Assembly: GCF_006345805.1 (NCBI RefSeq)
Contig: NC_043015.1
Coordinates: forward strand, 14,508,001-14,572,000
From: Octopus sinensis
Taxonomy: Eukaryota
Length of the DNA stretch: 64,000 nt
Reading direction: 5' to 3'
In this document: piece after piece, positions 13,815-25,560 of the stretch
Numbering within the stretch: position 1 is the stretch's first letter
Layout: each line of letters begins with the position of its first letter
Position numbers and translations under genes: made by a program
The notes under the pieces: model-generated
The model's database searches: none
What the model saw: only the letters and a program-made list of their open reading frames with translations
Told to the model about the DNA's origin: nothing

Positions 13815-14366
13815 GAGTATTGTTTCAATCTTCCATTTAGTTGTCTCAAACTGGTTCAGAATGATGCATGTTTTTTGCTTAGAGCTGTCAGCATAGAATT
13901 GATAGAGCTGAAAAATACCTGAGGATTTGCTGGGCAGAGATTGTTTCGAAGTAATTTGATGTGGATAAGTTGTCTTTGTGGTAGCAGTCAGATGTCAGAA
14001 GGGCTCAGAGACTGTGGCCACCATGAAAGAACATCATGATGTGAAGTTTTAGCTAAGAAAAAGTGTATTATAATGATTAACTGAAAATTGATATGATACA
14101 TATAAGAGTTTTTCTGAGTAGACCAACATTATCTAGCAGTCTTCTTTACAGGGTCATGGATTGCGATTGATGAAATGGTGGACTTAAGAATATTTTCAAC
14201 CACTACCATGGTTGAATGATATTTCACAGTTATAAACCTCCAACCAGTTTACTATTTTCAAAACAACTATGGAATTTCTACAGGTTCTGCTAGTATGAAT
14301 GCATAATTATGTAGCTATGTAAATGTATATATGCATCTGTTAATATAACCAATATGTTATTTTTAA

Positions 14367-14775
14367 TCCTTTTGTTATCACATTTCTGTTGAAATACACT
14401 GCCTTTGTTTCAATTTATTTTGAAAATAACAAAGAATTTATTAAAATAACTGCCATTATTAAGATTGTGTTTAAGGTGGTGAGCTGGCAGAATCATAAGC
14501 ATGCCAGGTAAAAGGCTTGGTGGTATTTTATCTGTCTTTATGTCCCGAGTTCAAATTCCACTGAGGTCAGGGTCGATAAAATAAGTACCAGTTGTGTATT
14601 GGGTTGATGTAATTGACTCACCACCCCACCACCAAGTTGCTGGCCTTGTGCCAAAATTTGAAACCATTATTAAGCTTGTGTTTGGAACGTAAAGGTTTTA
14701 ATTTAGATCACTTTATAGTAAGAAGTTTGTATCATAGAACCAGGGTTGGTGTCAGGCAAGTTGGTACCAAAAGGG
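14367..14775. mobile_element. Diverged piggyBac-type MITE interrupted by a SINE (14473-14663)
   Basis: TTAA-TCCTTT...AAAGGG-TTAC ends; the SINE is flanked by a 20-bp TSD with one mismatch. Confidence 0.7.
14473..14663 (+). mobile_element. SINE family B with 20-bp TSD
   Basis: TSD ccattattaag(a/c)ttgtgttt at 14453-14472 and 14664-14683. Confidence 0.88.
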
Positions 14776-14963
14776 TTACTTGAAATAAAAGTTACGGTTT
14801 AAGTCTTTCATTTAAATTTCTTATATTCATTATTAGACTGCTTACTATATTTCATAATCTTGGAATTAAAGACAATGACTTATTCTAATGATTTTATTTC
14901 CAAAATATTTTGCAATATTCTGAAATATATATTAAAATGTTATTGTTTTGGTTGCTATTTCAG

Positions 14964-15091
14964 ATGACATTTTTAACAGAAATTACTTGCAAGAAAGTCT
15001 GCCAAAGGAAATATGAAAAAAACAGTGCAGTTTCAAAAAGCAAACTTGACTTCATCTTGAGGGGTATTAGCCTGGAATATCGACACCACTG
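14964..15091 (+). CDS. TM9SF2: TM9SF2 exon 2 of 16 (MTFLTEITCKKVC...LEYRHHW)
   Basis: ttcag acceptor, gtaaag donor; 128 nt; phase matches neighbouring exons. Confidence 0.95.
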
Positions 15092-15207
15092 GTAAAGTTT
15101 AACTTTGTTTTAAATAAAGTTTTTACTTGATTTCTATTTGTCTTAAAATAAAATAAAATAGCATCAGTATATATTTTACTTCATTGATTTCTTTTTGTCA
15201 TTTCAAG

Positions 15208-15337
15208 GATTATTGATAATATGCCAATCACCTGGTGCTATGATGTTGAAAACAACAAACACCATTGTAATACTGGCTTCCCTATTGGTTGTTATGTTAC
15301 AAAAGATGGCTACAGAAAAGGCATATGTCGGACAAGA
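15208..15337 (+). CDS. TM9SF2: TM9SF2 exon 3 of 16 (WIIDNMPITWCY...GFPIGCY...CRTR)
   Basis: caag acceptor, gtatgt donor; 130 nt; WIxDNMP and GFPIG motifs. Confidence 0.95.
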
Positions 15338-15489
15338 GTATGTATTATGTGATATTTTCCCTTGTTATTTTAAATTCAGATTATGTATAGTTATTGACTA
15401 TTTTGTTGATTGTTAGAAATTCCTCAGTTAGGAATGATTTATATGCATCAATGCAATTTTTAAAGCCGTTTATCTTTTCCTTGTTACAA

Positions 15490-15863
15490 CCATTGGTCTG
15501 TGACCATACTGGGGAACTGTCTTGAAGGGTTTTAGTAGAACAAATTGACCCCAATACTTATTTTTAAGTCTGATTTCTGGTACTTATTCTATCAGTCTCT
15601 TTTGCCAAACTGCTAAGTTACAGGAATGTAAAGAAAACTGCTTTGGTTTTCAGGTAGGACACATTCCTAAGCTTTCGCACATACAACACACACATAATAT
15701 ACATGCACATACACTCACATGACAGGCTTCCACACAATTTCCATCAACCAAATTCACTCATAAGGCATTGGTCAGCCCAAAGCTATAGTAGAAGACATTT
15801 GTCCAAGTGGGACTGAACATGAAACCATGTGCATGAAAAGTGAGCTTCTTAAGCAAAACAGCC
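15490..15863 (-). mobile_element. Diverged SINE, family A
   Basis: Reverse complement homology to family A. Confidence 0.8.
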
Positions 15864-16720
15864 AGTTTATCACCTGATGTTAAAATATAGTCAATAATAC
15901 TGGTGTCACATTAAAAGCATCCAGCACACACTGTAATGTGGTTGGCATTAGGAAGGACATCCAGCTGTAGAAACCAAGTCAAATTAGACCGGAACTTGGG
16001 GTAGCTGTCCAGCTTGCCAACTCTGGTCAAACTGTCCAACCCATGCCAGCATGGAAAATGGGTGCTAAATGATGATGATGATAAATTACAAGAAATAAAT
16101 GTGTACCGTAAAAAATCCATGTAATTTATGCACTTTTTTCTTTTTTGCAAAAATGAAAATAAACTTTAGGGGTGCGTAAATTACATGAGTAGATCGTTTC
16201 CAGAATTTTTTTAGAATTGTATTGTTGTTGAAAAATGACATACAAAATGTAAACATTCGTACCGGAAGTGGACTCATCTATTTATGCTGGACAGTATAAT
16301 GCTTACTTTTTCTGTACAATTTTACTAAAACCATTAAATGGTTAACTACCTTTTGAAGTCTGATGTACATGCTGGTAACTACAGTCTGGGCCATATTTTA
16401 CATATTTAACTTGGTCGAGTGTCATCCAAGCTGATGTTTATTGGTAATTAAACTTAGTTTGCTATATCTATGTGTATTCATCAGCTTTGTTTTTGTTGAT
16501 AATTCTTAACAACTTTTCCTGTGTACGCATGTCTGTGAGTGTATGAGAGAGAGAAAGAGAAGCACACATGTATATATACATGTGTGTATATATATATTTA
16601 TATATATATATGTATATATATATGCACACACACGTGTATATAGAAATATATATATACATACACATGTATATATATAAGAAACCAAAGGGTACGTATACCG
16701 CTATATTTTTATATATAACA

Positions 16721-17005
16721 AATACAAAAATGGGACAAGAACGCAAAACATCCAGACAGTTAGGTGATACAAAAAAGGAACAACAAATCATCCAGATTAT
16801 TTTTGCAATTTCAGCTGGTTATACTTGAGATTCTCGAGTATAATGAACCAAAATTGCAAAGATAATCTGGAACTCGACTGAGGAAAGAAAACTCTGAATG
16901 ACCCGTCCTTGTTTTCTTTATATCGTCTGTCTGGATGATTTGTTGTCTCATTTTTGTATCACCTAACTGTCTGGATGTTTTGCGTTCTTGTCCCATTTTT
17001 GTATT
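16721..17005. repeat. Palindromic (inverted-duplicated) element centred near 16831
   Basis: Outer arms near-perfect over about 75 bp; inner arms also pair; the right arm has an extra 64 bp (16872-16935). Confidence 0.9.
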
Positions 17006-17380
17006 TTTTACACATGTATATATGCATACACACACACATACAGCTATCGTCTGCTCACAATTTGTGAATTAATACTTCTGTTTATTCCGGTTAAGCTCAC
17101 ACAGTTTCACGGAGACACACAGTCTCATATAGTTATGTACACATGTAAACACTTAAACACTTAGTCTTGTATAGTTACACATACACGCACACACACACAC
17201 ACACACAAATACCACCAGGCAATCAGCGTCATATTTTTCATTTACTTATTTTTATTGGAACGCTAAAGTTGAGGGAAGAGGAGGGTATGGTGAATAAAGC
17301 AGACTGACATTGTCGAGGGAAGAGGAGGGTATACGAAGTGAGTAAAGCAGACTGACAGATGTCAGTCTGCAAAATGGATT

Positions 17381-17885
17381 TTATTTAATAGTAGTTGTGA
17401 TACCTGTGCTGGTGGCACATAAAAAGCACCATCCGAACGTGGCCGTTGCCAAAAGCACCATTCTGAACGTGGCCATTGCCAGCGCCGCCTCGACTGGCTT
17501 CTGTGCTGGTGGCACATAAAAAGCACCATCTGAACGTGGCCGATGCCAGCGCCGCCTCGACTGGCTTCTGTGCCGGTGGCACATAAAAGGCACCATCTGA
17601 ACGTGCTGATGCCAGCGACGCCTTGGCTGGCTTCCGTGCCGGTGGCATGTTAAAAGCACCAATCGATCATGGCCGATGCCGGACTCCCCTGGCACCTGTG
17701 CAGGTGGCACGTAAAAAGCACCCACTACACTCGCGGAGTGGTTGGCGTTGGGAAGGGCATCCAACTGTAGAAACACTGCCAGATCAGACTGGAGCCTGGT
17801 GCAGCCCCTGGCTTCCCAGACCCTGGTTGAACCATCCAACCCATGCTAGCGTGGAAAACGGACGTTAAACGATGATGATGATGAT
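17381..17885 (+). mobile_element. RTE 3'UTR fragment with an expanded 66-67 bp tandem repeat
   Basis: Units start at 17404, 17501, 17568 and 17634; ends in a (GAT)n tail. Confidence 0.88.
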
Positions 17886-18364
17886 GAAAAGACAACACAA
17901 ACACTTTGTAAATTAATAGCTTTTAATGTGATACCTGTTAAACAAAAATTTTTATTCAATGAAAATTTGATAAAATCTAATCATAAGTAAGTGAAATTAT
18001 GCTAAATACAACTAAATTGAAAACCTTTTTCCCACTGGCCTTATTGGCAATTCTGAAAACTTTTGGGTGTGAATTTTACATGAGTATAAGCTTTTTTTTA
18101 ACAATTTTTATCCTGAAAATCATATGTGTAGATTACACAGGTTCGTAAATTACATGGCTTTTTACGGTAATTGTATAACTATATTTTAACTAAAATAAAT
18201 GATTTTGTAATTATGCATTATTTTAGTTACTATATAGGTTCGTGTCACATGAAAAATGATCTTTTAAAAATTGACTTTAATACATATTAATAATTTATAA
18301 TCGCCTCTTTTATTTAATTCATTACTATTTTTATTCATTTTTTTATCCTTCTTTTTCCACTTTC

Positions 18365-18720
18365 ATCATCCTCGTTTAGCATCCGCTTTCCATGCTAGCA
18401 TGGGTTGGATAGTTCAACTGGGGTCTGGGAAGCCAGAAGGCTGCACCAGGCCCAGTCTGATCTGGCAATGTTTCTACGGCTGGATGCCCTTCCTAACGCC
18501 AACCACTCCATGAGTGTAGTGGGTGCTTTTTTACGTGCGACCGACACAGGTGCCAGGCGAGGCTGGCAACGGTCACGATCGGATGGTGTTTGTTACGTGC
18601 CACCGGCACGGAGGCCAGGCGATGCGGTGCTGGCTATGGCCACATTCGGATGGTTCTCTTACGTGCCATCAGCACTGGTATCACAACTACAAATTCCATT
18701 GATGTTGATCGATTTTGATT
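18365..18720 (-). mobile_element. RTE 3'UTR fragment
   Basis: Reverse complement of the 17381-17885 and 59700-60092 tails. Confidence 0.85.
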
Positions 18721-18780
18721 TTTAACAAATCTTATATCCTCATGAAATGTTAATGAAATGTTTTTTGTGTTTATTTTTAG

Positions 18781-18926
18781 GATTCATACACTGAGACGAA
18801 TACCTATTACCTCTTTAACCATGTTGATATAGATATCACTTATCACAGTGGAAAACAGGAAGATTGGGGAGAATCTTTAACTGGCAAAGGTGGAAGAATT
18901 ATATCAGCCAGAGTTACACCACGCAG
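18781..18926 (+). CDS. TM9SF2: TM9SF2 exon 4 of 16 (DSYTETNTYYLFNHVDIDITYHSG...ARVTPRS)
   Basis: tttag acceptor, gtactt donor; 146 nt; YxFNHVDI motif. Confidence 0.95.
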
Positions 18927-21460
18927 GTACTTTCTAGATTTCAAAATTTTTTTGAATTTATTACTAAACAGCCATGTTTTGAATCAAATACTAAGCAAAA
19001 TGCTTAGCTGTATTTCATCCGTTTTCACATTTTGAGTTCAAATTCTGCTGGGGTTGACTTTGCCTTCCTTCCCTTTGGAGTCAATAAAATAAGTACCAGT
19101 TGAATACTGGGATCCAATGTAACTGACTTACTCCTCTCCTAAAATTGCTGGCCCTATGCCAAAATTTGAAACTGATATTTCAGAAATTGATGAGCTTTAG
19201 AAATTAGCTCTCGTGTCTGCTATTTATTCATCATTTCTCATTGTAATTCCATGCATCCATTTTCACCACCCACTATTCCTTGGAGGTTGTTGGGGTACAG
19301 TGTCCTCAGCTACCTCCTCCCAGAAACGATCATTAAAATTTCCTGCTGGACTCCCAAATATGACCAGCTGAGACTATAGATATTATTCAACCATCACGCT
19401 TGTGATCTACTCTTAGGTCATCTGCTGGTTACCTTGGCTTGAAGAATTTGTCTTACGTTCCTTTCCTGCAGCATTCTAACCACCTGCCAATAATTACTTT
19501 ATTTTTTATTTAGGTTACCAAAGCTTTTGTAAAAAGAAAGCACTTTTTCTAAATCTTCATTCTACCTTCTTAAGAGTGTTGTTAATGGTGGAGCAAGAAA
19601 CCTTGCTGATTCTCAGTCCTATAAGTTTTTGCCAAAATTTCCTTTCTTTTTCTTCTCTTTTGAGTGCTTGTTGACTACTGTGAGGAGGAACTAGAAATTG
19701 ATAGCAATGTTGCTGTCATGGCAGCAAAAGCAATAGCACATTCACCACCAACTATAGCTTGCTAGTCCCAAAGAAAGCCAGTTACATTAAAAACAGCTTT
19801 CAAAATCATCACAACAGCACACGGTAGTTCTATCATTTCTTCAACTGACATTGCTACTAGCACGTTCACAGTGGATTTTGGAATCCTTGCTGTCATCACC
19901 ACCACCACTTACTATTGCAACAAAATAAAAGATATAGCAAGTGGGCTAGGGAGTATTGTAATGAAATTTCAAGATTATCACTCAACAAAGAGTATACGCT
20001 GCATTAACTTCATGTGGGACAGATCTGCCTTATCAACTGAGTCCGTTGTAATGATTGCCCTTTTGCCTTCCTTTAACCAGTCAGGGAAGGCAGTTGTCCT
20101 TTGTGTGGTGGCTATGGTGAAAATAGTTATGTGATGGACAATGATGGAAATGGGTGGCAGACAATACACAGGAGGATGGTAAACCTATCATTTCAAAGGG
20201 CTGAGGGATTTACAGCATCTAACCTCATCTCTGTTTCAACCTTAGCCTCATGGACTTTAGCGTACCTCTAGACCCCAAAACTCATTCCCATCACTGGCAT
20301 ATTCCCCATACTCAGAGCCTCATTGACATTTTTTTAAAGTTTCACTTGGAAAGGAAAGCATGAGTGGAGAGAGAATGCTGTCCTCAAGTAGATTTATTAG
20401 AAGATGGGTAAAAATGGTGAAAATGGCAAAGAGTTGATGGGGACTGCTATAAATATACACTTGTAGTCAGAGAATGGCAGTTGGAAAGAGCACTTTACCT
20501 TGGTGTTCAAGGTGATCTTGGATCTGGGAGCTTCTTTGATAGGCCCTTGATAGAGGTGGTCCTGTATCAGGAGGACTGCATTGTCATCATCGTCCATTAT
20601 TTGTATGCAGTATATACTTGTATTTCATGTTTGTTTGTTTTTTTCTCGTTTGATTTTCGATGTAAACCCTTTCACATAATGTGTTTTTGTAATTGTACCC
20701 CTCATCTTGTACTCTAGTGGAAAATGAGTCATCATTCCCCTCCCTTCACTTCTTCCAAATAGTAACAATAACATCAAAGATTTACTTCCACATAAGCTCA
20801 GTTGTTGGAGCAGCAATATTGAGTTGATTGCATTGATTCCAGATTATGTAATTATACTTCAATATTACAAGACTTATTTTATTATCTTTGACATAATAAA
20901 AGATGAACTAGAACTTGACAGGATTTGAATTCAAAACTTAGTGGGAGGAATTATAATATAATGCATTTAGTCTAGTAATCAACTATCTCAGTTGTGCTAT
21001 GTACCCTTCTATAAATAATGATTTCCATGAGAGGCAGAAGAACACGGGGGATGGTACAGTGAATTACACTGATCTGTTACTTGACTAGTACTTCTTTTAT
21101 CAGCACACAACTCAGAAGATAAAGAGAATAATGAAATCCTACAAGGTGTTTAGCTTATCCCTCTATCAATTCTGCTATCTATTATAATGATTGAAGTTAG
21201 TACAGGTGAAGAACAAAGTTTTGAATTGTTTTGTAATTTGATTTGATTTGAATTTCAAATAGACCCGGTAAACTGACTGTGGAACATCATGAATAAATTG
21301 ATTTATTTGTTTGTCTATTGTGAGATCTTGAAGAGATTAGATAACTTATTGCATAAGTTACCTTTAGATAATAACGCATGAGAAAAAGAATATCAAACAT
21401 TAGATGTGAAAATATCTGTATATTTATTAAAAATAATTAAATGATGTTTTTTCTGTTTAG

Positions 21461-21557
21461 TTTCAAAAATGGAAAATGTTCTGGACCTCCTTTGGCTATC
21501 AAAGCTGATAATAAAGATGAGATAGCATTTGACTATACATATTCAGTTCACTATCGG
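21461..21557 (+). CDS. TM9SF2: TM9SF2 exon 5 of 16 (FKNGKCSGPPLAI...YTYSVHYR)
   Basis: tttag acceptor, gtaagt donor; 97 nt; CSGPP and YTYSV motifs. Confidence 0.93.
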
Positions 21558-21940
21558 GTAAGTTATGGTAGTATTTTAAAAGATTTTCTAAAAAGGCTTG
21601 TATATATTTATTTGGAAACTTGAAGCACGATGATATATTTTAAAGAGACATTTAGCATGCCTTGATCTACGAAATGTTAATGCTGTTTTAGTATGACATC
21701 AGAATTCATTTATAAACATAAGATGACTGAGTAGATGATGTATTGGAATATTTGAACTCTTGAATTAAGAGTTCAAATCTGTTGTAAATGTTTTAATGTG
21801 TTTCTGAGTAAACCATTTTATTCCGCATTTTGTCAGGTCACTTATTGTCTGTGAATGTTACTCTGGTTTCTTTGGTTTCTAGGGAGAAATTTAATATTTT
21901 ATCTATAGTTATTATTATTATTATCATTATTATCATTATT

Positions 21941-22150
21941 AAGGCAGTGAGCTGGCAAAATCATTAGTGCATTGGACAAAATGCCTAGCAGTATTTTGCC
22001 AGTCGCTACGTTTTGATTTCAAATTCCGCCAAGGTCAACTTTGCCTTTCATCCTTTTGAGGTCGATTAAATAAGTACCAGTTGCACTCTTGGGTCAGTAT
22101 TATTGACTTAATTCCTTCCCCCAAATTTCAGGCTTTGTCCTTACAATAGA
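21941..22150 (+). mobile_element. SINE family B in an (ATT)n tract
   Basis: Head aaggcagtgagctggca; conserved core. Confidence 0.85.
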
Positions 22151-22184
22151 AAAGATTATTATCATCATTATTATGATTTTCAAT

Positions 22185-23060
22185 GAGTTTTAGCATCTGG
22201 TCGTTAGATGTTTCAAGATATTTGACCAGTTCATTTGTGGTGGTTTTGTAAGAGAGTTCAAACTAGATCAAACCTCAACTTCCTTGGGCTCTGAGATGGT
22301 AAAGACAATCCACATCTGCCTTCGAGTAGTGAATCTTATTGAAAGTCAGCAGTTTATGTATTTTCCAATTTTCTTTATTTCACTGATATTCCCGTTCAAC
22401 ACATTGAAGCTATAACAACTAGAACTGCTAAGGAATTTATGGCTAACGTCTTGTTACGTGCATTTAGTTCAGATTTCAGGATTGCTTTAACTCTCCTATA
22501 ACATTCCTTCCTGATCTTCTCTTTCATGATTGCATGCTGAATGCCAGTGCCTTCATTTAGTCCTAGGTATTTGTAAGCTTGTTGCTGCTCAAGTTCTTTT
22601 ATAATTGTGTCAACATCTAGCACGACTGAATTTGAGGTTTTCAATTTCCCTTTTTGGAAAATGGTCTTGGTACATTTATTAAGACCAGACTACATCCAGA
22701 TGTCATCACTGAATGCTTTCACAGTATATAATAGGCTTTCAAGTTCGTCATTGCCTTTACCATAAGTTTAAGTCATCCATATGAAATAGATGGCATATTT
22801 TCTTGTTGTCACTTTTATACCCATACCCTTTTCTGTTAAGTTCACTTGTAAGAGGTATTAGGGCCATGCAAAAAACTAGAGGTGAAAGTGAGTCACCTTT
22901 GAAAACGTTACAGCTGAGGTTAATATTGTTTGAAGTTATCCTTCCATTAGAGTGATATAATTGAAGATTTGTATTCCACAATGACATATTATGCTTCTGG
23001 AAGTTTGAAGTTTCAGGAGAAAATTGGAAAATGTCCAGCGATTTCAAGATACATAAATGT
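22185..23060 (-). mobile_element. R4/Dong-like (RLE-class) non-LTR retrotransposon RT fragment
   Basis: VFKGDSLSPLVFCMAL..GYGY...HLFHMDDL and YKYLG..E...LKSELNARNK..AINSLA. Confidence 0.82.
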
Positions 23061-23169
23061 GGTATGCTATCATCATCACCATCATCATCACTGTTATTAC
23101 TTCTTTTTTTCACAGGTTTTGTTGGAACTTCTAGAGACTTGCATACATAGCAGGCTTGCTGCCTGCAGC

Positions 23170-23830
23170 CTATAATACCATGCTATCTGTCCTTTTCAAC
23201 TATCTAATACTTTCCTGATTATTTTGGCTGTGCCAAGGAGGCAAACCTTTTGTAACAGTTCTACTGGGCACTCTATTCCAATTTCCTTTATATTCCTCTT
23301 GATACATTCTGATACTGTCCCCAAGGATCCAACAATTGGCTCTATCTTCACCTTCTTCATTTTCCTTAGCTGGGCTATTTCATACTTAAGAGAATTGTAT
23401 TATCTATTTTTTAACCTACCTTCTTGATTATTCATGGGTCAAAGGGGCACACATCAACTATATAGCACATGTGGTGCATCTTGTCAACCACCTCTAGGTC
23501 CAGTCTGTTATACTCTAGCACCTGACCTGTTTGGATTGGGAAATCCCAGAGGATTTTGCAAGTCTCTGACTCCACCACTCTCTGCGGTTTGTGCCAACAC
23601 TTTTTGCGCAATTTTCAATGTAGCACTTTCGCTACCTTATTGTGTCACCACAATGTGTAGTGGTTTTAGGCAAGTCTGTGGCATTCATTCATGATATGGT
23701 CAATGGTTTCATCCACTCTATTACAGATGCAGCACAATGGAGACACTTCCTTACTCCTAAGGGTGACTCTCCAATTAATGGTCAAAGCTCGGTCTTGTGC
23801 TGCCAGTATAGTGCTCTCAGTCTCTTTTTT
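23170..23830 (-). mobile_element. R4/Dong-like C-terminal fragment (zinc knuckle and restriction-like endonuclease)
   Basis: CCICNRVDETIDHIMNEC, KILWDFPIQT...NR.D..VVDK, LQKVCLLGTAKIIRKVL. Confidence 0.8.
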
Positions 23831-23928
23831 TCAGTATTTTTTCCTTCAACCAATCCCACCTATTTTTTCCAGCAACTTCTGTTGTGGCTACATTATCATC
23901 ATCATCATCATCATTATTATTATCATTT

Positions 23929-24120
23929 AAGGCAGCGAGCTGGCAGAATCATTAGCATTTTGTCTGTCTTTACATTTTGAGTTTAAATTATGCCGAGGTC
24001 AACTTTGTCTTTCAACCTTTCTAGGTTGATGAAATAAGTCCCAGTCACACACTGGGGTTGATAGAATTGACTAGCCCTCTCCCCCCAAATTTTAGGCCTT
24101 GTGCCTATAATAGAAAGTAT
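23929..24120 (+). mobile_element. SINE family B in an (ATC/ATT)n tract
   Basis: Head aaggcagcgagctggcag; conserved core. Confidence 0.85.
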
Positions 24121-25358
24121 TATTATTATTATGTCATAAGATTTAAACTGGTTTTCATCACTTTCATCATATTGTTTTCTCATATCATTGTTATGACTTC
24201 TCTTTTCCATATTTACATGATCTGGATGGATGAGTTTGCAACATGGTAAAGTACTTGATCTTGAGCTTGTTTTGTGTATGAAGCCCAACATCTTCAGATC
24301 TAACTTACCCACTTCCTTCTATGTTTTCTTTGATCTGTGGTATCTTCCATTCAGTACTTCTTAGCTCAGCACTCTGTGTGTGTTTACATAATTTCCTGAT
24401 CAACAAGGATGTCTCTCCTGTATACATTAAACATACCTTTAACTTTTAATACCACAGAAGGCCAGATGACAGTAAAAAAGCTATTAATGTTAACAGTCAT
24501 TGTGTTGTAAATTTGAATAATCATATATGAAATGTTAGAGCTAAACAAAGACTGTAAGTTTAAAGTTTTCATAATATGATATGAAACATTGCTATAATTG
24601 CTGTGTTGTATTCTTGGAAAATTGCTCAACTTGTCTAAGTTTCCTTGGTTAATAAAAGTATGACTCCTTTTTTCTGAATGATTAGCTGCAGAATGGGTAA
24701 AAAAAAAAAGAAAATTTAAAACAAACACTTTCTTCATCACTATATAAGTATTCAGATTTGCAGTATGGTCTCCTACCTATACCAACATGGAAAATTAAGA
24801 AGTTATTGGGATCTTTACCCTTTGAACGGCAGATTGAGATATTAATTTTTCATAACTAAACACTTTCAAACTTCGGACACTGGTAGAATGTGTCATATAA
24901 AACATCTTTTACTCTTAGCATTTTTGAGAAAAGTTTGTATTTTCAAAGTTATTTTGTGTTAAAGTAGTTGTATTTCGGTAATTTCAACCAATCAATGACG
25001 TGTACTCAGCTGAATAAAATTACTGCCGTTGTTTGTCAACAACTACTTCTAGCAGTGTATATTTCGTTTGTCACTGTTATTTATGACATATTTCATCTCA
25101 GTTACATTTGTATGAATAAACGAGTGTATCTGAAGCATGTTTACTTCATGCCACCACCACAATCGTTCGTCCATTTCTACTGCTTTTAGTTTTTTTCCTG
25201 TTTTTCAGCTTCTATTTTTGGAAAGACTTTTTTTCTCCCCTTCCAATTTCTTCATTTTTCACTTTTTTCTGTAACCCTAACACCCTAACACTAACCCGAA
25301 AACCCTAAAGCTAAAACCAGTACAAATGCACGAACAATGTCATAAATAACAGTGTCAC

Positions 25359-25560
25359 ACCCCAACAGTGGAGGGAACCTGTGGAAGAGGTAAACCCAGG
25401 AAGACTTGGGATAAGGTGATGCAGTACAGCCTTCAAACATTGGGTCTCACAGAGGCAATGACAATGACCGTACTTTTGGAGATAGGCTGTGCTTGAGAAG
25501 ACTCAGCAAGCCAAGTGAAATAGTAGCTGGGGCCTATGCCAGTGTCGCATAGCTGGCATA
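25359..25560 (+). mobile_element. RTE 3' ORF fragment
   Basis: GTCGRGKPRKTWD-like segment. Confidence 0.8.

Larger units (their letters stand above)
16106..18167. mobile_element. pogo/Tc2-like non-autonomous element carrying several nested insertions
   Basis: TA-flanked TIRs CCGTAAAAA..CCATGTAATTTA at both ends. Confidence 0.75.

Noticed and set aside
17381-17720. Regularly spaced GC-rich repeats resembling a CRISPR array
   Set aside because: Eukaryotic context, no unique spacers, no cas genes; it is a tandem repeat in an RTE 3'UTR.
25272-25320. Telomere-like (CCCTAA) degenerate repeats
   Set aside because: Only 4-5 imperfect units inside a repeat element (about 24808-25358); not an interstitial telomere array.
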